Source: Candidatus Sulfotelmatobacter sp. (GTDB lineage: Bacteria > Acidobacteriota > Terriglobia > Terriglobales > Acidobacteriaceae). Taken from it: 64,000 nt of DNA. The stretch spans positions 2,655 to 66,654 of the forward strand of contig DATMOO010000150.1 in NCBI GenBank assembly GCA_035568275.1. The letters run 5' to 3'. A model generated the notes under the pieces. It made no database searches. It had not been told where the DNA came from and saw only the letters and a program-made list of their open reading frames with translations. The position numbers and the translations under genes are program-made. Shown here piece by piece: positions 38,976 through 47,833 of the stretch; position 1 is the first letter of the stretch; each line of letters opens with the position of its first letter.

Positions 38976-38992
38976 GTTCTGCAATGCGAAAT
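38976..38992. promoter_or_regulatory. Candidate operator site 4 (GTTCTGCAATGCGAAAT), upstream of the GH78 gene
   Basis: 13/17 identical to site 1. It shares GCGAAATGCGG with site 2. Confidence 0.25.
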
Positions 38993-39094
38993 GCGGCCCG
39001 GCCCGTCCCAAGAACCCGAAAGGACCTTGCCAATTCCAATCCCGCCATTTCTGCATGCTCAACCTAGTTTCTGGCGGTTATGAAGTGCCAGTGC

Positions 39095-39111
39095 TTTTCA
39101 CACCGCGAAAT
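39095..39111. promoter_or_regulatory. Candidate operator site 5 (TTTTCACACCGCGAAAT), upstream of the GH78 gene
   Basis: 14/17 identical to site 1. It lies 151 nt upstream of the TTG start at 39262. Confidence 0.3.
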
Positions 39112-39261
39112 TCAGGGGAACGGGAGTTCGCAAGTTGACACGAGTACCCGTCCGGTGAAACCATCCCGGCCATTCGACGATCAAGCAGTCATGTCCACGT
39201 CTGCTCTTCACGACACAGCTAATGCCTTCACGGCCTCGATCGATCCCGACAGGAGAATCGC

Positions 39262-42200
39262 TTGAACCACCCGACTCTGCTTAAGATGTTCGTCGCTCTT
39301 GCGGTCACTGTGGGTACCGCTTCGGCAGCGCCTGTTCACTTACGCTGTGAATACCGTGAAAACCCTCTGGGGATCGACGCACCGGCTCCTCACCTCTCCT
39401 GGCAAAGCGACAGCACCGAGCGCAATTGGAAACAAGTGGCCTACCAGTTATTGGTCGCGAGCAGCCTCGATGGGTTGCGCTCAGGGAAGCCTGATGTGTG
39501 GGACAGCGGTAAGGCGAACTCAGACGAGTCCGTCGGAATTGCTTACAAAGGCCCGGCTCTGGAGTCGCGGAAGCGCTACTACTGGCATGTTCGCGTCTGG
39601 GACTCGACGGGGAAAGCGTCCGATTCCGTCGAAGACGCGTGGTGGGAGATGGGCCTCCTTCACCCGGAAGACTGGAAAGCAAAGTGGATCAGCTGGAGAA
39701 ATCCGGAAGATGAAACCGACCGCAAGGATATCCGCTGGATTTGGCTAAAAGGACAAGATGCGCTCGCGGCAGTTCCGAAGAGTTCCGTAAATTTTAATTT
39801 GAATGTTCACCTCTCGGAGAAACCCCGCGCGGGAATGTTGTTCCTTGCAGTGCGCGGGGATTACTCCGCGATGGTGAATGGACACGAAGTTGACCACAAA
39901 CACGAATGGGGAACGTTCGATCGACGTGACATCGCCGACGAACTCAAGATTGGCGACAACGTCGTGAACATCAAGGTCACCGCGCCGGACATCCCGGAGA
40001 GAGGTCCAAATGCCGGGGCTACGAGCACCAAGGCCGCACTTGCGGCGCTGATTAAGATCACGGACGCGAACGGCTCCATCAAGCGGTTCGCGTCTGGAGA
40101 AACCTGGCAAGCATCTGCAGAAAGCGATTCATCAGCGCAGGCCGCCAACGTCGTGGCAGATTTAGGCGACAAGCGACTCGGTGATCCCGGGCCCCTGCCT
40201 CAGCCCGCCGCTTCCTTCCGCCGGGCCGTTGACGTCTCGAAGCAGGTTCGCAGCGCCCGCCTCTATGTCACCGCTCTCGGCAGCTACCGCGTGTACCTCA
40301 ACGGAACCCGCGTCAGCAGTGACGTGCTCACGCCCGAATTCACCGACTATCGAAAGCGTGTGTTGTATCAGACCTACGACGTCACAGAGTATGTAAATCG
40401 CGGCAAGAATCAGATCAGCGCACTTCTCGGCGATGGCTGGTATGGCAGTCCACTCACCTGGGTCGGAATGCACTTCTTCGCTCCGCCGGACCGTTTTCAG
40501 GCCCAGCTTGAGATCAACTATGCCGACGGCACTCACGACGTAGTCGTCACCGACGACTCCTGGAAAGCCTCAGCTTCCCCCATTCTCGAATCCCAGATCT
40601 ATGGTGGCGAGACCTACGATGCCCGCCAGGAAAATACAGGCTGGCAACAAGCGAACTTTGACGATTCGCGTTGGAGTGCCGCGTCGATCGCCGACGCCCC
40701 ATCGATTGCCGTTACAAGCCAGATCACAGCACCTGTCCGCGTAATCGACACTCTGTCGCCCAAAGAGGTGAAACCCTTACCGGATGGAGCCTACGTTTTC
40801 GACATGGGCCAGAACATGGTCGGATGGGTCACGCTCAAAGTGAAAGGCACCGCGGGCACGAAAGTGCGTCTGCGATTCGCTGAAATCCTGAACCCTGACG
40901 GCACGATCTACACGGCAAACTTGCGGAACGCCGACGCGACGGACACATACATTCTCAAAGGCGGTGGCGAAGAAACCTTCGCGCCACATTTCACGTTTCA
41001 CGGTTTTCGCTACGTTGAGGTGACTGGATATCCCGGCAAGCCATCTCTCGACGCGTTCAAAGGGCAGGTCGTGAGCAGCGTAAGTGGCGAGCCTGCCGCC
41101 AAGGTGACGACCTCCAGCGACCTCGTCAATCACATGTGGGAGATCGGCCTGTGGGGCCAGCGAGGAAATTACCTCAGCATTCCGACCGACTGCCCGCAGC
41201 GCGATGAGCGACTGGGATGGATGGGCGACGCCGGAGTTTTCTGGCGAACCGGAAGCTACAACTTCGACGCGGCCGCCTTCTCGCAGAAGTTCATTCAAGA
41301 CATCGTGGACGCGCAGACTAGCCAGGGAGCGTTTACCAACGTCTCTCCCAATACGCTTCCGTTTGGCGGAGGTGGAACGGAAGGAACCTCGGCATGGAAT
41401 GAAGGCATGGTCGGCGCTCCGGGATGGGGCGACGCGGGCGTGATCGTTCCGTGGACGACCTGGGTGCAATATGCCGACAAGTCGGTGATCGAAAAGAATT
41501 GGGACGCGATGCAGCGCTGGATGGAGTTCATCCAGGACCGCAATCCCGATTTCATTCGGAAAAACGGAGTGGGGCCAAACTTTGCCGACTGGCTGGCGCC
41601 CGATCCCAATACAAATAAAGACCTGCTCGCAACCGCCTATTGGGCGTTGATTGCGAACATGATGTCGCAGATGGCGCACGTGGTGGGCAAGGAAAACGAC
41701 GCCAAACACTACGCCGAAGTCGTGCAGAACATCAGGTCGGCTTTTCAGAAGACGTACATCAAAGATGACGGAACAGTCGGCACCGGAACGCAAACCTCTT
41801 ATGTTGTCGGACTCTATACAAAGATGGCGCCTGAGTCACTCGAACCGGCGCTCATCGAAAAACTAGTAAAGGACATCGAGGGGCACAACTGGCATCTGTC
41901 GACCGGATTCCTCGGCACTCCTTTCCTGCTCTTCACTCTCGCTGATCACGGCCGGTCCGACGTCGCCTATCGCCTGCTGCTGAATGAGACCTATCCATCT
42001 TGGGGCTACATGCTTTCCAAAGGGGCAACCACGTGGTGGGAGCGCTGGAACGGCGACACCGGAGATCCGTCGATGAACTCGTACAACCACTATGCGTTCG
42101 GATCGGTGATCGCGTGGGTATACCGCTACGCGGCCGGGATCGACACGACCATGAGCGGCCCTGGATTTAAGGAAATCGTGGTCCATCCGCATCTGGATTC

Positions 42201-42450
42201 GCGCATGCCTTCGGCCCGGGCTGAGTATGACTCGGTTTACGGCAAGATCGTCAGCGACTGGAAGGGAAGTCCTACCGGGCCATTCTCATTGCGAGTCGTC
42301 ATCCCGGCGAACTCCTCGGCGAAGGTGTTCCTGCCTGCGGTTGCAGGGGCGCACGTGACCGAAGGCGGTAAACCGGTCACCACGCAATCGGAAGGCGGCG
42401 AGAACGTAGTCCAGGTGGGTTCGGGAACCTATAACTTCGAAGTGAAGTGA
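39262..42450 (+). CDS. Alpha-L-rhamnosidase, GH78
   Basis: TTG start with AGGAG 6 nt upstream. It has a signal peptide and the GH78 N-terminal signature (VHLRCEYRENPLGIDAPAPHLSWQ). The (alpha/alpha)6 catalytic region contains DCPQRDERLGWMGD. Confidence 0.9.
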   Translation: MNHPTLLKMFVALAVTVGTASAAPVHLRCEYRENPLGIDAPAPHLSWQSDSTERNWKQVAYQLLVASSLDGLRSGKPDVWDSGKANSDESVGIAYKGPALESRKRYYWHVRVWDSTGKASDSVEDAWWEMGLLHPEDWKAKWISWRNPEDETDRKDIRWIWLKGQDALAAVPKSSVNFNLNVHLSEKPRAGMLFLAVRGDYSAMVNGHEVDHKHEWGTFDRRDIADELKIGDNVVNIKVTAPDIPERGPNAGATSTKAALAALIKITDANGSIKRFASGETWQASAESDSSAQAANVVADLGDKRLGDPGPLPQPAASFRRAVDVSKQVRSARLYVTALGSYRVYLNGTRVSSDVLTPEFTDYRKRVLYQTYDVTEYVNRGKNQISALLGDGWYGSPLTWVGMHFFAPPDRFQAQLEINYADGTHDVVVTDDSWKASASPILESQIYGGETYDARQENTGWQQANFDDSRWSAASIADAPSIAVTSQITAPVRVIDTLSPKEVKPLPDGAYVFDMGQNMVGWVTLKVKGTAGTKVRLRFAEILNPDGTIYTANLRNADATDTYILKGGGEETFAPHFTFHGFRYVEVTGYPGKPSLDAFKGQVVSSVSGEPAAKVTTSSDLVNHMWEIGLWGQRGNYLSIPTDCPQRDERLGWMGDAGVFWRTGSYNFDAAAFSQKFIQDIVDAQTSQGAFTNVSPNTLPFGGGGTEGTSAWNEGMVGAPGWGDAGVIVPWTTWVQYADKSVIEKNWDAMQRWMEFIQDRNPDFIRKNGVGPNFADWLAPDPNTNKDLLATAYWALIANMMSQMAHVVGKENDAKHYAEVVQNIRSAFQKTYIKDDGTVGTGTQTSYVVGLYTKMAPESLEPALIEKLVKDIEGHNWHLSTGFLGTPFLLFTLADHGRSDVAYRLLLNETYPSWGYMLSKGATTWWERWNGDTGDPSMNSYNHYAFGSVIAWVYRYAAGIDTTMSGPGFKEIVVHPHLDSRMPSARAEYDSVYGKIVSDWKGSPTGPFSLRVVIPANSSAKVFLPAVAGAHVTEGGKPVTTQSEGGENVVQVGSGTYNFEVK

Positions 42451-42803
42451 GCGGAAGCGCGGGACCGTCATGACTATGAATCGCAGAGAGTGGACGCAGA
42501 AGGGCACGACTTTCGCGCTCGGAATCGGGCTAGGCGAACGATTGCTCGCTTCCCCTGGCAAGTCACCGTTGTCAGGCGAAGTAACGCCCGCGGCGTCTCA
42601 GAAGTTTCTGCCGAAGTTCCTCTGGGCAGCTTTCGCGATTTTTCCCAATGCAATTGCGCTCGGCTTCACCGTCCGCTTCTGGGTCTCGCGATCGACTGCG
42701 ATCAGTCCGAACTTCGGGGTGATTCGTTGTGATGTTTTTATCGCCGAAGCAGGCAGATTTCTATCTGGAATTTGAAAGACAACTGCAAGCCGAGGAGTCC
42801 CTG

Positions 42804-45800
42804 ATGAGCCATTCTTGTGTTGCACGTATTCTTGCAATCGCAGTTGTAGCTGTGGCCGGAAGTCTGTCGCCCTCATCCTTCGCGCAAAATGCGCCGGCCT
42901 CTCTGGAAGATGGATTCAAGAATCCTCCGAATTCTGCCAGGCCACGCGTGTGGTGGCACTGGATGAACGGCAACATCACCAAGGAAGGAATCAAACTCGA
43001 CTTGGAGTGGATGAACCGGGTTGGCATCGGAGGTTTCCAGAACTTCGACGCGTCGCTGACCACTCCGAAGTTGGTCGACAAGCGCTTGGTCTATATGACG
43101 CCCGAATGGAAGGATGCGTTCCGCTACGCGACGATGCTTGCGGATCAACTCGGACTTGAGGAAGCGATTGCGGGATCTCCGGGATGGAGCGAATCGGGCG
43201 GTCCATGGGTGAAGCCAAACCAGGGCATGAAGAAAGTAGTCTGGAGTGAAATCCGAGTCGACGGTGGGAAGCCTTTTACGGGCGCGCTACCACATCCTCC
43301 GGCAGTCAGCGGGCCCATACAGAACATTCCACTTTTCGATTTTCTGGCCATGATCAGCGGGCAGCCTCCGACCGGGGGAGCTTCTTTCTATGCGGACACA
43401 GCGGTAATTGCTTATCGCGCGCCCGAAAATGATGTGCCGGTAACCGCACTGCAACCCAAAATTACTTCCAGCAGCGGCACACTAAATTTGGCCTTGCTCG
43501 ACGATGGCGACCTAGTTAAAACGACGCAACTGCCCAAGGCGCCAGCAGGCCAGCAGGCATGGGTACAGTACGAATTCACGTCTCCGCAGACCATGCACGC
43601 AGTAACGCTGGTGCTCAATGATCCGGGTGCGGCAGCAGCCAATATGTTCGGTGCCGCGCCGTCGATTGCAGATGTAGAAGCGAGTGACGATGGCCAGAGC
43701 TTCCGCAAACTCGTCGACATTCCCAACGACGGTGGAGAGGAACACACCATCGCGTTTCCCGCGACTAACGCGCGATTCTTCCGCATCGCGTTCACAGACC
43801 GGCCAGCACGCGCTTTTGGCGAGAACAATTTTGACGTTGAGAACCCGTTCGGCGACTTCAGCGGCACGAAGCCGAATCCAAATTTTGAGATTTCGGAGCT
43901 CGTGCTTCATCCGGGCGCGTTCGTAAGCCGGTTCGAGGAGAAGGCTGGCTTCGCCAATCTCATCGGCTTGGATGCGTTTCCCACGCCCCAAGTGTCTGCA
44001 AGTGATGCGATCCGTAAGAGCGACATCATGGACCTGACCGCCAAGATGCATCCCGATGGCACTCTGGATTGGACGCCACCGGCAGGGAACTGGGTCGTGC
44101 TTCGTTTCGGATATTCGCTTACGGGAGTTACGAACCATCCCGCATCACCGGAGGGCACAGGCCTTGAGGTCGACAAGCTCAGTCGCGAGGACGTGAAGGA
44201 GTACATGGATAAGTACCTCGACAACTACAAGAGCGCGGTCGGCGACCTGATGGGTAAGCGTGGACTGAGATTCGTGATTAACGATAGCTGGGAGGCCGGG
44301 ACGGCGAACTGGACCGATGACATGGTTGCCGAGTTCACCAAGCGCCGTCGCTATGATCCCCGCCCCTGGCTGCCCGTCCTGGCAGGCCACGTCATCGAGA
44401 GTTCTCAGGACAGCGATCGTTTCCTTTGGGACTTCCGCGAAACGCTCGGCGAGTTGCTGGCCGAGAACCACTATGACCAGATCAACGACATCTTGCATGC
44501 GCGCGGCATGGGCCACTACGGCGAATCCCATGAAGAGGGGCGGGCTTTCATTGGCGACGGCATGGAAGTGAAGCGCCACAATGACGTGCCCATGTCGGCC
44601 ATGTGGACGCAAAAGCCCGGCGTGAACAACGAACAGTATGGATATAACGCCGACATTCGCGAGTCTGCATCGGTGGCTCACATCTACGGCCAGAACCTGG
44701 TGGCCGCGGAATCTCTGACGGCATCCTCCGGCGCCTGGGCATGGTCGCCCGCGACTTTGAAACCTACTGCCGACAAAGAGTTGGCAATGGGACTCAACCG
44801 TTTCGTCCTTCATACTTCGGTGCATCAGCCGTTGTTGGACGAGAAGCCCGGCCTTGCGCTCGGACCATTCGGGCAATGGTTCAACCGCAATGAGACCTGG
44901 GCGGAGCAGGCGAAGCCGTGGGTATCGTATCTGGCTCGTAGTTCCTACCTGCTACAACAGGGACGCTTCGACGCCGATATCGCCTATTTCTACGGCGAAG
45001 ACTCCAACCTCACGGCGTTGTTTGGGAAGAAGAGTCCTGACATCCGCGCCGGCTACAACTTTGATTACATCAACGCCGATGCTCTGATTCACGTCCTGAC
45101 ATTCAAAGACGGACGACTCGCTACTCCCAGCGGCATGCGCTATCGCGTGCTCGCGCTCGACCCGCATAGTCAGCAAATGTCGCTGCCGGTGCTCAAGAAG
45201 ATTCGCGACCTGGTACAGGCCGGAGCGATCGTGGCCGGCCCGAAGCCGACGGACACACCGAGCCTGAGCGACAATACGAAAGAGTTTCAAAGCATCGTCG
45301 ATGAACTCTGGGGCTCAGGCAGTGGAAATACTGTAGGCAAAGGCAGAGTGTATGGGGATAAGGGTTTGGGAGATGTACTCACCGCAGTCACCGTCGCTCC
45401 CGACTTCGACTACACGAAGCCCGAACCCGATACGAATGTCCTTTTCGTCCATCGCAAGCTAGCTGACGGCGATCTCTATTTTGTCGACAACCGCAACGAC
45501 CGCGATGAGAATCTGGACGCCAGTTTTCGCATAACAGGAAAGGAAGCGGAACTGTGGCATGCGGATACAGGCGCGACGGAGCCGGCCTCGTTCCAAATCG
45601 CCGATGGCCGCACGACCGTGCCTCTTCACCTGGAGCCTTGGGGAACGGTATTCGTCGTATTCCGTAAATCTACGAAGAACCCTTCTCGCAACCTGCCGAA
45701 AACGGTTGAGACCACACTCGCGACGCTGGACGGTCCCTGGGATCTCAGCTTTGAGCCGAACCTGGGAGCGCCGGCGAAGATCACCCTCGACAAGCTGACC

Positions 45801-46205
45801 TCATGGAGTGACAGCTCCGATGAGGGGGTCAAGTATTTCTCAGGAAAAGGCACTTACACGAAGACGATCGATGCGACAGCTGACTGGTCTGCCAAAGGTG
45901 ATCATGTGTGGCTCGATCTCGGCGACGTAAAGAATCTGGCGGAGGTATCTGTCAACGGCAAGCCGCTCGGAATCGTATGGAAGACACCTTACCGGGTCGA
46001 TATCACGCCGGCTCTAAAACCGGGGAAGAACGCAGTTGAGATCAAAGTCACGAACGCGTGGGTCAACCGCATCATTGGCGACCGTCAACCCAATGTTACG
46101 AAGACCTATACCTTTACGTCGCCGAAATTCTACAAGGCGGATTCCAAGCTGGTGGCGTCGGGACTGCTGGGCCCCGTGAAAGTCATCCGTATAGCCAGAG
46201 AATAA
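42804..46205 (+). CDS. Large secreted glycoside hydrolase, GH106-like (alpha-L-rhamnosidase-type)
   Basis: ATG 42804 has GAGGAG upstream. It has a signal peptide and an N-terminal motif (PRVWWHWMNGNITKEGIKLDLEWMNRVGIGGFQNFDA) typical of proteins annotated GH106 or 'glycosyl hydrolase' in rhamnogalacturonan loci. The family call is made by memory only. Confidence 0.65.
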   Translation: MSHSCVARILAIAVVAVAGSLSPSSFAQNAPASLEDGFKNPPNSARPRVWWHWMNGNITKEGIKLDLEWMNRVGIGGFQNFDASLTTPKLVDKRLVYMTPEWKDAFRYATMLADQLGLEEAIAGSPGWSESGGPWVKPNQGMKKVVWSEIRVDGGKPFTGALPHPPAVSGPIQNIPLFDFLAMISGQPPTGGASFYADTAVIAYRAPENDVPVTALQPKITSSSGTLNLALLDDGDLVKTTQLPKAPAGQQAWVQYEFTSPQTMHAVTLVLNDPGAAAANMFGAAPSIADVEASDDGQSFRKLVDIPNDGGEEHTIAFPATNARFFRIAFTDRPARAFGENNFDVENPFGDFSGTKPNPNFEISELVLHPGAFVSRFEEKAGFANLIGLDAFPTPQVSASDAIRKSDIMDLTAKMHPDGTLDWTPPAGNWVVLRFGYSLTGVTNHPASPEGTGLEVDKLSREDVKEYMDKYLDNYKSAVGDLMGKRGLRFVINDSWEAGTANWTDDMVAEFTKRRRYDPRPWLPVLAGHVIESSQDSDRFLWDFRETLGELLAENHYDQINDILHARGMGHYGESHEEGRAFIGDGMEVKRHNDVPMSAMWTQKPGVNNEQYGYNADIRESASVAHIYGQNLVAAESLTASSGAWAWSPATLKPTADKELAMGLNRFVLHTSVHQPLLDEKPGLALGPFGQWFNRNETWAEQAKPWVSYLARSSYLLQQGRFDADIAYFYGEDSNLTALFGKKSPDIRAGYNFDYINADALIHVLTFKDGRLATPSGMRYRVLALDPHSQQMSLPVLKKIRDLVQAGAIVAGPKPTDTPSLSDNTKEFQSIVDELWGSGSGNTVGKGRVYGDKGLGDVLTAVTVAPDFDYTKPEPDTNVLFVHRKLADGDLYFVDNRNDRDENLDASFRITGKEAELWHADTGATEPASFQIADGRTTVPLHLEPWGTVFVVFRKSTKNPSRNLPKTVETTLATLDGPWDLSFEPNLGAPAKITLDKLTSWSDSSDEGVKYFSGKGTYTKTIDATADWSAKGDHVWLDLGDVKNLAEVSVNGKPLGIVWKTPYRVDITPALKPGKNAVEIKVTNAWVNRIIGDRQPNVTKTYTFTSPKFYKADSKLVASGLLGPVKVIRIARE

Positions 46206-46243
46206 CGAGGAAAACGACAAGGAGGTGATGACAGCAGACTTCT

Positions 46244-46680
46244 CTAGTCCCGGACAGGCGTTGAGCCAGCCGCGATCAGCACCCAACCATACTTCTTTTA
46301 GGCCCATGTATCGACGAAGCGCCAGCGCGTGACGGTGTGCGGACCGGCTTTGCGTTGCGTTTCCCGATAGCTTCCAGCAACGATCGCCGTGCTGCCGAAG
46401 ACGCGCACCGTAATGGGCTCGATCACGATTTCGTCGGTAGATGGTTCCTGGTGCTTGATTCGTAAGAGGTAATCCGCCTTGGTCACCAGTCGAACTCAAC
46501 ATAGACAACGGAGTTGTCGAGAATAAGGTTCAAAGCCCGATTGTCGTTGTGGGACTGCGCCTCAACCCATGCATGTTCCAGTGCGCGAATTGCGCCCGAG
46601 GCGGCTGCGTCCGTCTGTTGCGCGCGCAGCAGAAGAATCGGTGAGCAACCTAGAACAATGATCGAGCAGATCCCTTTCAT
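46244..46680 (-). pseudogene. Decayed DUF4440/SnoaL-like paralog with one frameshift and one in-frame TAA
   Basis: The ORFs 46483-46773 and 46298-46486 are two halves of one gene. ...VYVEFDW* continues as VTKADYLLRI in another frame. After ...RWRFVDTWA-TAA the same frame continues KKYGWVLIAAGSTPVRD-TAG. All pieces align to the intact upstream paralog (...FILVDQDGLLLNKAQILAYV...GRFIDTWIEREGKWLAIASVSTPLT). Confidence 0.7.
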
Positions 46681-46712
46681 AATGTTCCGGCGATTGATTG
46701 ACCCGTTATGTC

Positions 46713-47165
46713 TCATGTCAGCGGTGTCGATACACTGGCGATGGCCAACCATTTGCCTTCCCTCTCGATCCACGTGTCAATAAATCTGCCATGCTGCTCG
46801 ATCCGTCTGCCGGCAAGCCTTCCGTTGAGTCGATATACACCAGTCACAATCGCGGTACTTCCGTGTAAGCGAACGGTCATTTCGCTGGCGAAGTATTGCA
46901 TGGAAGTCGCCCGCTGCACGTAAGCCAGAATCTGCGCCTTGTTCAGGAGCAAGCCATCCTGATCGACGAGAATGAAGTTCTCATCCAAAACTTCGCTTAG
47001 CATTTTCAAGTCTTTCAACTGAATTGCTTGCAGCTTGCCAACCTTCTCCAGAGCGACAAGCTTGCTTTCAATGTCGCGACGATCGCTGTCTTGTCCCGCG
47101 CCCGGAGACGCGAGCACCGCTAATAGCATCGTCGGAAGTAATCCCCTCCACATACTCGACCTCAC
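46713..47165 (-). CDS. Secreted DUF4440/SnoaL-like (NTF2 fold) protein
   Basis: 150 aa with a signal peptide and NTF2-like pattern (...LHGSTAIVTGVYRLNG...HGRFIDTWIEREGKWLAIAS). Confidence 0.7.
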   Translation of the reverse strand: MRSSMWRGLLPTMLLAVLASPGAGQDSDRRDIESKLVALEKVGKLQAIQLKDLKMLSEVLDENFILVDQDGLLLNKAQILAYVQRATSMQYFASEMTVRLHGSTAIVTGVYRLNGRLAGRRIEQHGRFIDTWIEREGKWLAIASVSTPLT

Positions 47166-47370
47166 TACGTTGTTATCGGCGGGACTAAGTTCTGCTTGAC
47201 ATGAAGCTCCTTACCTTCTGGCAGGGGGGCCGATCATCCGCAAGTCGTTCAATCGCTGAATCCCTGACCCTGTGATTGATGTCACCAACGATTGTGTCTC
47301 CGGAAACAGAGTCCTAATGCTGCGAATCGCTTTATTGGAACAAACGCCCACATCGCGAGGAGGAGTGTCC

Positions 47371-47833
47371 ATGCCCACACCCTCGCCTGCAAGTACTCCT
47401 ACCGACGAGCAAGTATTCATCGACAAGCTGATTGGCCAGTCGCCGTGGTCGGCCCGGAGCGTTACGAATTCTGGATTTTGGCGCCTTCAACGCAGTGCGG
47501 GCGGTGGGAATGGCCAAGCTTGTCCCCGCCGTTCCCCGCGTTGCCATAGGAGTGGGAACCTGTGGTCGCGGCACCGCAGCCGAGGGTCTCTACTATGCGT
47601 TCGCACAAGCGGTCGAGGGCAGCGGCGACACCCTGGTCCACGCCCCTGTCGGTTGCTTTGGCGCCTGCTTTCAGGAGCTACTGGCGAGTGTCGGGTTGCC
47701 CGGCAATCCTCTCGTCAGGCTGCGGAAGGTGCAGGCGAACGACGCGGTTCGATTGCTCCACGGTGAAGTCAGCCGATCCGAGTTTCACAACCGTCCCGCG
47801 AGGCTTCGGCTTGGCATCTTTAGCTTCCTCTGA
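47371..47833 (+). pseudogene. Probable remnant of the 5' end of a NuoF/HoxF/FdhB-type gene (thioredoxin-like [2Fe-2S] ferredoxin N-terminal domain); alternatively a small stand-alone ferredoxin-like ORF from 47510
   Basis: A strong SD (GAGGAGGAG) and ATG at 47371 open frame 1 (MPTPSPASTPTDEQVFIDKLIGQ...). The protein-like sequence then continues in frame 2 (RVAIGVGTCGRGTAAEGLYYAF...VGCFGACFQELLASVGLPGNPLV...VQANDAVRLL). That matches the pattern xVGxGTCGxAxGAxxVYxA...GCxGxCxxEPLVxV..PG seen at the N-terminus of such proteins. The ORF ends about 20 codons later and overlaps the convergent sialidase gene by 156 nt. Confidence 0.4.

Noticed and set aside
42470-42775. A 101-aa ORF between the GH78 and GH106-like genes, starting MTMNRREWTQKGTTFALGIGLG, which resembles a twin-arginine signal peptide.
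   Set aside because: Only the first ~25 residues look protein-like. There is no SD and the rest is low-quality sequence. It may be a relic of a Tat-exported enzyme's N-terminus, but the evidence is too weak to annotate.
47272-47766. A 164-aa ORF (frame 1) downstream of the strong SD at 47360.
   Set aside because: Only the first ~25 codons look coding and the remainder is Arg-rich nonsense. The protein-like signal moves to frame 2, so I interpret it as a frameshifted remnant rather than an intact gene.
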